64,000 bases of DNA from Tubulanus polymorphus (GCF_964204645.1 NC_134033.1:3868231-3932230), one strand, 5' to 3'; positions 37,998 to 50,910 are shown, counted from the first letter of the stretch. Program-made: numbers and translations. Notes: generated from the sequence alone by a model not told the origin.

Positions 37998-40900
37998 ATT
38001 AGGGACATTATATCTGTTCAGATGATTCGAGTCAAGTAGTATTCGATAGAATTCCATAAAGATTTCCCGGGGTACAAGTGGAGATATGTTAGGCTTTTAA
38101 ATTATTAAGATGTTTAATTATTAAAGGTAATTGCAATTTATATCATTCCTGTTTATCATAGATTCGACCTAGGATCTTACAAAAATATAAGAGCAAATAT
38201 GGGTTAAAAATCCGAGAAAACTAAAAACCGTACAGTCACGAAGACGCGTTAGACTTGGATGGTAGCAACTAAGACAGGGTTGAATGCACGGAATTTATTA
38301 TATAAATTGCGGATGATACTATCCAAACTCGTAAAAAAATTGAAAATATAGTGAGGTAACCACACAATATAAATAACATCATTAGACACAGCGCCTCAGG
38401 GCTGAACCGAAATATACAATGATAATTGACATTTATACAGCGCAGGTATCCAAACTAGAGTCTGTTCAAATGCGCTCCAAACTTGGTATTATTACCCGGT
38501 ACCCCCAGCCTTATAAATCTATTCCATGTATCAGTCGTCGTCTCTCCTTGAGGAGAGGTAACATCCGCTCAGGAGTCATCTATCAGACCAGGTACCCATT
38601 TACTCCTAGGTGGAGAGAGGCAATGAGGATAACATCGCGTTCTGTTCAAAAACAATTCCGATTTCACAAAAATGATTAGAATATTTAGAATATCTAAATA
38701 AAATACCTCTTGATATGACAAAAACTATAAGATGGACATGTAATCAATCTATTGCGTATTCTCCTAAGCCACTGAACTGCGATCTCCGACTACGTGTTAA
38801 CCGCACCCCTGTCACGTGATATATTTCATGAAGTAATAATCGTCACGTGTCCTGAAAACCCCGTACATTACCTGACATAACGTCATCTGATTATAATTAT
38901 AGTTTTTTTATTTTCTATTGTCCACGATCTTTTTGGGGATATATCACTTAATTTTGGGTGTGCATACATCAAAGAGGTTTAAATGGAATCAGTAGAGTTC
39001 AAATCGGCATGACTGGAATTTTGTTTCAGCTTCTTCACTACTTTTTGCAGATGTGTACCATGTGATCCGGGTAACTTTATTCTTTACGGGGAGAATACAT
39101 TGCTCGCACGTGTTTCAGTACACGGCCGCAATGGTTGCGCTATTGTAGGCCTAAATCATTTCCAAACCGCATTGTTCTGATAGCTTTGACAAAGCCATGT
39201 TTATTTACTAAACAGCTTTCTAGGATAATATTGTGAGTGGTTGATTGACTCTTGGTGACAAGAAGCTGCTTCATCCATGACATAATTGACGCATCATCGC
39301 CTCATTGCGCATGTGTGCAATGGCTCATTTGCATAAAGAAATAAACAAATACGAACAAAATGGCGGTCTTTCTCGCCGATTTAAAGCTCAATTTTCGAGA
39401 ATATTCATCAATCCTTCAAAACTAAAAGAATAAATACACTTTGGACACTTGACACCAAAATGACGTTCAACCACATTATGTTCGAAATAATTGTCACGAA
39501 ATAGAGGTGGACCGAGGGCCGATACTTTTCATTGTCTGGGATTTGAATCTGTGTTTGATGTTTGAACTGTCGATCTTGAAAATAAATAGGTTGATTTGAT
39601 TCAAAATTTCTCCTATTACACAATTATTGGTTAGGTTTGAGTTATTATTATTTTCTCTGTACAGCAAAGTGGAATTCGGTCGGGGTTAAGTATATTTACT
39701 ATGGTGGCTGACACTGTTTGTTTTATCTTGTTTATCCAGCCTTTTTATGGACGTTGCCTGTCACATACAATTGATACAGTTCAGCTATGAATTCTGATAA
39801 GACTATGACTCATTGTAAATGTAAAGAACGACTGATTTTCCTAATAGGATTTTTTTTTGTGCGCAAAACGCTATATACTGAATGAATGCTCATTCTGCGG
39901 AATATCAGCGGAACAATAAATCTAGCTATAATTACGATCCGTACTGTTCATAATCAGGAATCAAACAGGACTCAGCACCTAGCACCTGAAGTAGGTCCGG
40001 ACATACACATTTTTGGCCAAGTCACCACTTAGTCAAAATTTGGATTCCATAAAAATGGAAGTCCATAAAAATGCTGAACGGAGAGTCTCAGAATCAATTA
40101 CAGTTCCGACGGTTAAAAATCATCCTCGCTTGCGGGAGGGAATCAAAACCCGGTAAGCGTGAACGGTTAAATTTGATATTGAAATGATGCGCGTGCGACC
40201 AAAAGAATCCGAATTTTGAGACCTGTTGCCCAGTCTGAAGGAGCAACCCTGATGTCTCAGAGACTATCCGAGTTGTGCTCTGTGAATTACATTAAATACT
40301 AACCGTTGCACGACTATATTTGGTAAATACCTCACTAGAGTTGGTTCCTTCAGCACAGAAAAGGTCCGGGATTTAGCTTTGTCTCGTGAACGCAATAATC
40401 GGGGTTCTGGATACTCTCCCCTACACAGAAAGATAGGTTCGGCTGTCATTTGGTCTCTGATTTCTTTATTTTATAGTATATTGCGAAGCCTCGATGTGTA
40501 TTGGTCATGTTTTCACTGACATTAGGTTTATCATCGTTATCAATGGAATGATTTTTTAGTTTGCATGTCTCTATGCCCTACATTTTCTTATTGTATGAAT
40601 TGTTGTAGATAAGAAAAACATCGGTTTATGCATAAAGTTTGACGCGTGACGTTTTCACGATGTACCTTTACGACGGAGATATAGATATAATGTAGTATCC
40701 CGTGTTCACAGCGTGCTATATATATTTCGGAACAGCCCAGAGGGATGTGAATTGATGTATCTAATGATGTTATTCATATTGTATGGCTACCTCACTATTT
40801 TCAATTCATATCATGAATTCAGTACATTCATTCCTTTTTTAGTTGTTACTTGGATTGATCAGTCTAATCACGCATCTTCGTGTATACGGTTTTTAGTTTT

Positions 40901-41269
40901 CCCAGATTTGTTGATTTATATTTGCTCTTGCCATCTGGTTACATATTTTTGTAAGATCCTAGGTCGAATCTATTATATCAATTTAACATCTAAGTAACTG
41001 AAAAGCCTAACATGTCTCCACTTGAACCCGGGAATGTTTATGGAAATCTATCGAATAATCTGCATGACTCATCATGAATATATGTGGTAGTGGGTTATCC
41101 CCAAGATGACTCAAATAGACATTCTACACTACTATAGGCTACCAGGATGCTGAATGGTTTACACTGTGTATGAAATTGAAATGAAGTGTGGTAGATAATC
41201 TGTAATTATAAATTAAACAAAATTCCCATGGCCATGGCCTTACCTTTCTGTTTTCCAGAATATTTCGGT

Positions 41270-41560
41270 ACCTACCCCTACCCTTATTGAAACATTAAAA
41301 TAAACTAAACCGTTCCCCTCTAAACCCTACCCATTTGAGCTAATGAAATCTCTAAACCCCCTCCCTCATAACCTAAACCCTACCTTAATGCTCTTAACCC
41401 TAACTCTATGGACCTTGTTGAACTCTGAACCAATGTCTCGTAATCCTCTAGACCTTAAGCCTCAAAATCCAAACCCCCTGGACTCTTAACCCTATTACCC
41501 CTAAACCCTAACCTTCTGAACCATAAATGCTTATAGACTAAACCCTGGAAACCCTAAATG
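41270..41560. repeat. Highly diverged telomere-like (AACCCT) tract
   Basis: Scattered TAAACCCT/TAACCCT units. Confidence 0.55.
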
Positions 41561-42155
41561 TATTGACTCTTAAAACCAGTTTTCGTTGATTCATTTCAGG
41601 ATAAAATCTACATACAACAACAATAAAAATACCACACCCTTTTGGAAGACACTTAGTTTCCCAACTAACATAGCACAATTTTTCATTAAATTACGCAACA
41701 ACAATGCTGGGCTCCAAGAACATCACATCAGAAATTTATGGATTTCGGAATTCTGAATTTTTCTGAATTTCTTTTCAGAAAATTCCGGAAGTAAGAATTT
41801 TCTGCCAAGTGTCATATCTGGACATGGATGAGTGCAATGGTCAGCAGCTAGAATATACTTAAAAAATTCCATATAGCTTATTGGAATCTCCGATAATCCC
41901 ATTTGAACATTTGAAAGATCATTAGTCAATTCTATCATTTATAATGCAGATATACTTGAATAAAAAAAGGTTTCACATCATTGAATCTGTTTTTTTTGAT
42001 GAGTCGAAATGATCGTTCATCAAATTTCGGACAAATTTACAACAAATAACAGGAATTTTTTTGTGGTACCTTCACATCCCATTGATGCATATATAACATG
42101 AATTAGTTCCTAGTTCTATCACCATTGGCAGCACCTTATGGAAGCATTATTTTGC

Positions 42156-44406
42156 TAATTGACAACTCTGGGAATGAAAGGGTTAACATATAATAAATAA
42201 GTTAATCAGGTGTTTTATCTCATTTTTTTTAGATTGCAGGTTAGGATATTTGATAAAACACTAGATAAACTAAGTGATAAAATATGCTGGGTTGCTTCGA
42301 TTTATTCACCCGAGGATTGTGAGGGCTGGATACCTGCAACGATGAGTTAAAATAGCAATCTAATATCTATTAGAATATAAAATTTATTCTGTTACTACCA
42401 GCTGAATGACTACCATAGGTATTATGGTAATACATATATAAACAATTCGACTATCTTTCTATCCGTTTTGTCAACTGTTGTAAAACGAAATTATTCACTG
42501 TCAAATTAAGAGTGAACCGAAACTAAGCACTTACATAACATTTTATAATACGGTTCTCGATACTGAAACCTATGTTTCGTTTAACTTTACTCTCTTCCAA
42601 TTATTTTGGGCCAGGTCCAGGGCCAGGGGGTCATGGATTTTTGTATCCGTTCATATCCTCGTAGTATCCAAACACGATCAGCCTAGTTGCGTACTGGCGC
42701 ACTTACCCTAGACATTGGAATCGGTCGATTTAGAAATATCAAATAGGAAAAAATTGACCCTGTAAAGCGTGGAATCAGAAATTGTCTTCATTGTTAAATA
42801 CCCGCTGTATGACATACAAAGATAAATTCTTTTATCGACTACTGAGCAAATTAACCAACAATGCGCTTGGAAGTTATGACTTGAAGAACGAGAAATTCGT
42901 GTATATTGAATGCGAAAAATTGTCAAACGGAAGTCGTTTTATGTCCGAGTCGTGGTATGAAATATATCCAGAAATTCAGCACCTGACCTTGTATTCTGAA
43001 CCTTAATAATTTGTTACTGCATAATTATGTAGTGACGTATTAGCCCCCGTTTAAAATAATGATTGCAAGTAAATGAACTCGTTAACTGTGGGTTTTGCTC
43101 AATAACTCTGAAATGCTGAGATCAATATAGGTCTATACCAGTAATGTTGATATAAGCTTTAGATCAGTTTATAAACCAACCACCAACGATTATGTAAACT
43201 CATACATTATCAATTTCACAAAAGTTGTGATGCAAAAGTTTAAGATCTGTATTATGAACCGACGCCCCTTCCCCCTAATCAGAATCCGTGTTCACAAAGT
43301 TGACTAGAATATTTGTACAGTAAATTAAAGATATATGAATAATATTTACCTCTTGATCTCAAAGACGATTGTAAAGAAGAGTGTACTAGTTCAGCACAGA
43401 CACTAAACTCTTAAAGTCTAATTATTGCTGATACAGAGAACCAAACTAATCACCTCGGAATATGTATCAAAAATGCACCGCGATGATGCGTATGAATTGT
43501 TTTTCATTCTAGTTTGTGTTAAAAACATTTCATATGAAGCATTCTATTGGCCAACATTCATCATCCGTTTAGATTACCAAGTAAGGTAATAGATACCACC
43601 ATCGTCAACCCGGATAAATTATTATAATCATTGTGACCATATCCAATCATTTCTTAGTTTAGTTGAAATTACCAAATAAGGTAATAAATACCATCATCCA
43701 CAGCCCGGATCAATTGATATGTATGGACCCGAGCTTTGAAGTCGGACAAATGAAGAACATAAAATAGAGTTTAATTGAAGAAGTCCCACAATTCGAATTT
43801 TAAATAATATAATTTATCAAAACGAATTCGGATTGTTCTTCTGGAAATTGGTCAACCTTAAAAATCCCGCTAACAAATATTCTTCAAGCATCAACATGGA
43901 TGAGTGGTACAATCATTTCAAGTCACTTAGTTCTCCTGACATTAAGGCTGGATCTACGTCGTCTTGTCTCAAAGAATACCTTAAACATCTTCAAGAAAGA
44001 CCATCAACATTCGATAATCTTGATTTAAAAATTAGATGACATTTTACGAGCTTCGAGAAAACTGAAACCTAATAAAGCATCTGGTTTGGATTCTATTTTG
44101 AATGAATTTTTAATGCCATATTAACTTTTGGAAAATATCCGGAGGAATGGTTGAGAGGGATTATAATTCCGCTATTCAAAAAGGGTAAAAAAGACGATGT
44201 GACTTGTTATAGAGGTATAACTATAACAAGTAATCTAAGTAAACTTTTTTGTATCATTTTGAACGATTGGGCCATGGCATGTATGGTGAAAATTTCTCTG
44301 TACTTAGCATTCCCGACACAAAAGGATGTATTGCATTAGTACAATAGGTTAATAATGTGTATCATGTGGTCATTGAATATGACGAAATTCTGTGAAATAA
44401 ACCGAT
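42156..44406 (+). repeat. Segmental duplication copy 2, with internally deleted LINE RT (43820-44265)
   Basis: Colinear with 24704-28615; MDEWYNHFKSLSSPDIKAG is identical in both. Confidence 0.92.
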
Positions 44407-44484
44407 AGTAATTAGAAAAGTGGGCTTTCATACCAGAGGTCGGAGGTTAAACACTCATCACCTCAATATTTGTTTCCCTTATAA

Positions 44485-47400
44485 ATGGGGGAGAATGAAC
44501 ACCAACCAGAAAACAATAATGTCAATAAAAATCAATATTATTGTCAATATTGTAAAAAATACATCGATAAATACCAAAAATCACGACATGAAAAAACTGC
44601 AAATCATATAAAAAATGTAATAGATTTTGAAACTCCAGAAAATTCCAATGAAAGAAAAGAAAGATTAGAAAATATGAATGTGGATGAAATAAAATGCGAA
44701 GTTTGTAATGAATTTATAGTAAAAAGGAATTATAATAGACATCTCGAATCACAAAAACATTATAAAAATTTAAATAAAAATGTTTTAGGATTAGAATATT
44801 TTGATAATAAACCTCAACAAGTAAAAGAATCAACTTCAAAAACTAAATCCATTTCAAATAAACCTTACATGGAAAATGTTAGAAATTATATTGATTCACT
44901 AGAAATAAAAGATACAATTGAAATTTTAGAAACATTACATAGTAAAATTGGTCCTGCAGCTATTATATTTAGATTTTTTAAAGGTACAACAATAGAAGAT
45001 TATAGTAAATTTAATGAAATAATAGAAAAAATACTATATTTGATTACAGATGTTGAATATCCAAAAATTAGTATCTCTGGGAAAGTAAGTTTTATAAAGT
45101 CAGAAGAAAAAATGGATTATAATATTCAAACACTCTCTGAAGAAATAATTTCAAAAACACAAATAAAAGAGAAGTTAGAAAAAATATTTAATGAATTTAA
45201 ACGTCATATTGAAGAAAGATATTTTGAGGGTTCTGGCTTAACATTGAATGAAATTATATATTTAGATTTAAATGTTTATAATACAAAAAGGAATAAAACA
45301 TCAAAAAGTAACAAAATGTTTAAAAATGATTCAAACTTTACAACAGAAAAGGATATTAAAGCATCATCTTATATTAAATTACCATTTACAACAAAAGCAG
45401 TAATAAATATTCAAAATGAAGATAATAAATGTTTTCTATGGTCAATTATTAGTTGTTTACACCGAACAGAAGATATGACGCATAGTTTTAGAATAACAAA
45501 TTACCGGAAATATGAAACATTATATAAAATTGATCAATATCCAGTAACTATAAAAATGATTCCTAAAATAGAAAAAGTTAATAATTTAAAAATAAATGTA
45601 TTCGAATTAATGCAATTACCAAAGACAAAAGGTGAAAATATTAAAGATTATACATTGGAAGCTTTATATTTAACAGAATATTATGATGATCAAAATGCTA
45701 TAGATTTGTTATATTACAAAAAAAGATGAAAATGAACATTATATGTGGTTAAAACAAATTGATTTATTCTTTAGAACAGAAAGTGATCATCATCATAAAA
45801 TTTATCTATGTAGAAAATGTTTATCTAAATTTATGACTGAGAATACATTACTAAAACATAAAGAATTATGTGATAATAAAGATTTTTGTAAATTAATAAT
45901 GCCAACAGAAAAAGATTATAAATTGAAATTTACTAATCATAAATTTAAAAATATTGTTCCATTTGTAATTTATGGGGATTTTGAATCATTGAATAAAGAA
46001 TTAACTGATCAAGATAGAAAAGAAATATATAACAAAAAGCAATTATTAAAATCAATGGATAAAGGAAGTGAATTAAATGAAGATATAATTCAAGACCCAC
46101 CAATTATAAATACAATTAAAAAAGTTCATCAAAGAGCTGCTGCTTATGGAATTTATATAAAATCAAATTATCCCGAATTATATGAAAGTCAATATATTTC
46201 TTTTAGAGGTGAAAATGTAGTTAATGATTTTTGTGATAAAATGATTGAATTAGAAAGTGATTTTGCAAAATTATTATACAAAAATAAAAGAATAGTTATG
46301 ACAAAAGAAGATGAAATGATTTTAATTATGCAACTCATTGTTGTTACTGTGAAAAACGTTTTTATTCATTTCATAAAAGAGTTAGAGATCATGATCATTT
46401 AAATTCAAAATATCGTGAAGCTGCTCATGAAGATTGCAATTTACAAGCTAAAAAAGTAAATTTCGTACCAATATTATTTCATAATTTATCAGGATATGAT
46501 ACCCATCTATTTATAAAACAATTATCGGGAAAATTGGGTGCAATTAATCAAGAAATAGAAGAATATAATGCTATGAATGAAGCAAATGTAAGAAAATATG
46601 ATTTTAAACTATTAGCTAAAACATCTGAAAATTATATTTCATTTCAATTTGGTTGCATTAGATTTTTAGATTCTTATAGATTTCTAGCAAGTTCATTAGA
46701 TAATTTATCAAAAAGTTTAGTTGATAATGATTTTGTTATAACTCGATATTATTATCCAAATGAACAAGATTTTAAATTATTGAGATATAAAGGCGCAATT
46801 CCTTATTCATTTTATAAAACACATGATGATTTTAATGTAACAGAATTATTAAAAGATCAATTTTATGATAAATTAAAAGAGGAGTATGTTGAAAGATGAA
46901 GTGTTTAATAGAACATTAAATATTTGGAACCATTTTAAGATGAAAAATCATGGCGAATTAGTTGATTTATATTTAAAATCAGATGTTATGATATTGGCTG
47001 ATATATTTGAAAAATTTAGAGAAGTTAATTTGAATCATTTTAATGTTGATCCTTGTTATTGCTACTCTAGTCCTGGTTTAACCTGGCAATGTGGTTTAAA
47101 ATATACAAATGTAGAATTAGATTTATTAAAAGAACCAGATATGGTTTTATTATTTGAAAAATCAATTAGAGGTGGAATTAGTGGTGTTATGGGAGATAGG
47201 TATTTTAAAGCAAATGATGAATATAAATAATTATATATTGACGCCAATAATTTATATGGTTGGGCAATGATGCAACCTCAACCACATAAAATTTTATATT
47301 AACAGAAGTTGAAAATGGTGATAAAACTGATTGGGAAAGCGCAATTGCGAGTTTAAAAGATGAAGCACCAATTGGTTATTTCTTTGTAGTTGATTTAGAA

Positions 47401-49545
47401 TATCCTGAAAATATAAAGTTTAAAACAAGAAACTTACCTTATTGCCCAGAACATTTAACTGTAGATGATAGTTATTTAAGTGAATACCAAAAGAAAATAA
47501 AACCGAAAGATCATGTTTTTACTGAAAAATTAATACTTACTCAAAATAATAAATACAATTATATTGTTCATTATAGAATGTTAAAATTTTATCTAAAACA
47601 AGGAATGAAATTAAAGAAAGTACATAGATATATTGAATTTAATCAATCGAAGTGGTTAGAAAAATATATAGATTTCAATACTCAACAGAGAACCATATCA
47701 AAAACAGATTTTGAAAAAGATTTTTTCAAATTGATGAACAATAGTTTTTATGGAAAAACATGTGAAAATAGAAATGATATTGAATTAGTAAATAATTCTG
47801 AAAGATTAAGACATTTACAATCAAGTCCTAGACATTTAGGAAATAAAAGGTTTGAAGATTATTTAACCGCGGTAAAATTAAAAAGAACATCCATGAAATT
47901 TAATAAACCAATATTTATAGGTTCAACTGTTTTAGAAATATCAAAATTATTAATGTATGATTTTTATTATAATGTTTTGCAACCACTTTTTGGGGAAAAG
48001 CATATTGAAATATTATATTTTGATTCTGTAACAGCTGACACCCCAATATTATTAAAATACAATAACCAAATATTAATAAGAAGAATTTCAGAAATAATTC
48101 CAAAACAAAATGAACTTTATATTTCATATGGTGCAAAAGAATTAATACAAATAAATGGTTTAATAGATGTTTGGACAAGAAATGGATGGAAAAAATTAAA
48201 GAATATTATTAGACATAAAACAAATAAGAAAATCTATAGAGTTAGAACTAAATTAGGATTTGTAGATGTTACAGAAGATCATAGTTTAATTAAACGAAAT
48301 GGTGATGAAATAAAACCAACTGATATAAAAATTGGAGATGAATTATTACATAAAAGATTTTTCCCAAGAATGAATCATATGTCATTTGATGAAATAATTG
48401 ATAATATTTATAATATAGAACCCGAAACATTGGAAGAAAAAGAATATTTTATCAAAGGATTTTTCATGGGTGATGGTTCAGCAGGTGTGTATAATTATGT
48501 TTGGGGTAATAAATATTGTTGGTATTTATGCAATCAAGACTTAAAATTATTAGAAAGAATTAAGAAATTCTGTGAAGAAGTTTATTCATATAAAACATTT
48601 AGAATCATGGATGTTATGAAATCATCAGCAGTTTATAGAATACTTGTAAATAATCCTAAAGATTTTGCTATAGAATATAATGATGAATTCTATATTCATG
48701 CAATAGTGAAAAGTAATACTTCGACAAAAGAAATGATAGTTCCAGATTATGTATTGAATGCAAAAAATAATTTAAGAAAATGGTTCTTCATTGGATTCTA
48801 TACAGCAGATGGAGCTAAAAAATTTACAAAGGATAAAAAGATAACCTTTGCACAGAAAGGAAAAGTTCCTATATCAGGGTTAAATATATTATGTAATTCA
48901 TTAGGCTTCAATATGAATATTGGATTGATTAAATCTAAACCAAATTGCTTTAATCTAAGCCACACAGAAAAAGATTTAACTGAAGAAGTTAAAGATTTAT
49001 TTGAAATATATAACCCATCAGATTATGTTTATGATTTATCAACTGAAGATGGTACATTTAACTGTGGATTTCCATTAATTTGCTTCAATACCGACAGTTA
49101 CATACTAAAAATCAAGACAAATGATATAACAAAAGACTTAAAAACATTAAAACATTATTTTGATTTTAGCAATTATCCCAAAGATCATGAACTATTTAGC
49201 AATGATAATAAAAAGATTCCTGGTAAGTTTAAAGATGAATTAGGAGGTGATGAAATGATTGAATTTGTTGGGATAAGAAGTAAAATGTATAGTTACAGAA
49301 CAAAAGATCATGAAGCTAAAAAGTTAAAAGGAATAACAAAACATGTGGTTGATAAACATATAGAATTTCAAGATTATATAAAGTGTTTATATAACTCAAT
49401 TGTAATGAAACATAAAATGAATTGTTTAAGATCAGAAGATCACGAGATGTACATTAATGAAGTTGAAAAAACTAGTTTAAATCCATTTGATGATAAAAGG
49501 CATATTTTAGATGATGGTATAAAAACATTACCTTATGGCTATTAA
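44485..49545 (+). pseudogene. polB: Protein-primed family B DNA polymerase with N-terminal Zn fingers, HNH/EndoVII-like insert and intein; several frameshifts and one in-frame stop
   Basis: INIQNEDNKCFLWS; ExoI YGDFES; ExoII FHNLSGYD; ExoIII YLKSDV; motif A YIDANNLYGWAM; motif B KLMNNSFYGK; motif C YFD|TDS; KFKDE, KMYS, KLKGI. Confidence 0.95.
48025..49089 (+). mobile_element. Intein (355 aa) with LAGLIDADG homing endonuclease in PolB motif C
   Basis: Block A SVTADTPILL; block B VTEDHSL; block C FIKGFFMGDGS; block E FFIGFYTADGA; block F YVYDLST; terminal ICFN followed by Thr; removal restores YFD-TDS. Confidence 0.95.
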
Positions 49546-50842
49546 AACATAAAATCAATATCATCAAACTCGAAATCACTATTGTCTTCTTCATTTTCAT
49601 TTAATTGTTTAGGTTCTTCTTCTATTCCATTTTTTTCATTTAAATAAAGTTCTATCTTGTTCCACATTTCATCTCGCTCTCTTTGTTTCTTTTGTTTTTT
49701 AATTCATCAAATGTAATTATAATATCTATGTTTAAATAATTTACAATCTTATTTAAAAAGAATTCATAATTTATTGAATCTGTTATTCTATTTTCTAAAT
49801 GATACATTAATATTTGTTTGAATATTTTTTTTATATTTTCTATATCTTCTTCTGTTAATTTAGGTTTTTCATAATAATCGTTAAATAATAAATATAAATA
49901 CATTTTCTTTTGTTTTGTGTTAAATGTTGGTGGAATAATTGTTTTTATAATATCTCTTTTAGTTATTTCACCATTCTCATTTTCTATTATTTTCATTTTT
50001 TCAAGCCATTGCATATATTCTGGTGTATGATCTTCTATATAAAATGTTTTAAAAATTTCATCTAGATAATTTAATTTTGGATCTATGAGAAAATCTCTAG
50101 TTTTTTCTTCACCCCATAAATTCCTTTGCCATCCACAATCAACACAAAATAACACAGGACCTTCTTGTCTTAAGGTCGTATAATAACATTGTGGGCATTT
50201 TTGTTTATAAATTATTGGTAATAGATCTTCATTAAGCTCTTGGTATTTTCTTACGTTTTCTTTATGTTTTATTGTTCTATTATGTAGATTTGAATTACTT
50301 GATGTAATAATCAATTTACAATATTTACAATAATATGTTTTTATTGTTAATTCATTATATTGTTTTTCTAACTTTTCAACTGTTTCTTCATTATCTGGTA
50401 ACGTTTTTTCATATTTTATTTTTTCTAATATATTATTTTTTCTTTCATTGAATTCAGTTTCAAATTTATTAGAAATTTTATCTGTATGTACTTTACGAAA
50501 TTGATGATTCTCCCAATCTTCTATATTTTCGGGGTTATATTTTATTTGACAAGGCTCACAAATATGACCTTTTATATTATTCTTATCATAGAATAAGAAA
50601 GGTCTTTTCCAAATAATTTCAGGTTCAACTTCAACAGAATTATTATCAACATTAGCCATTGCACCATTAATTCTACACTTCTCTGAATGTTTTTTAACAT
50701 AATTTCTTGAGAATAATTTATTACAATTTGGGCAGTTTAGTTTGGGGGGTTTATAATTTTCTTCATGTTTTTTCATATGTCGAGCCATATTACTTTTTCT
50801 GATAAGTTCACCACAAATTTCACATGCTATCTTCTCATGCAT
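49542..50842 (-). CDS. Multi-zinc-finger protein with C-terminal poxvirus VLTF3 (A2)-like domain; frameshift near 3' end
   Basis: Four C2H2/U1-type fingers; ribbon CPQC-x13-CVDCG; IKKIFKQI..SINYEFFLNKIVNYL..LKNK; shifted frame RERDEMWNKI to stop at 49542. Confidence 0.7.
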
Positions 50843-50910
50843 TTATTAAGGAAAAATTTTATTAAAATTAATTTTTAGTGATGAGCGGTAATTTTTTTAT
50901 GTTATAAATA

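Larger units (their letters stand above)
35117..38731. repeat. Large inverted duplication; arms ~1.7-1.85 kb, spacer ~36955-37043
   Basis: 35117-36955 is the reverse complement of 37044-38731, with a ~150-bp deletion in the right arm and scattered substitutions; mirrored ORFs 35169-35429/38419-38679 and 36193-36486/37362-37655. Confidence 0.97.

Noticed and set aside
41995-42015. Possible minimal hammerhead ribozyme (TGATGAGTCGAAA)
   Set aside because: Lacks the conserved C of CUGAUGA and convincing flanking stems
48025-49089. Hedgehog/Hint host domain or group I intron ORF
   Set aside because: In-frame insertion exactly in the polymerase catalytic motif, with both splice-junction residues and an internal LAGLIDADG pair, fits a true intein
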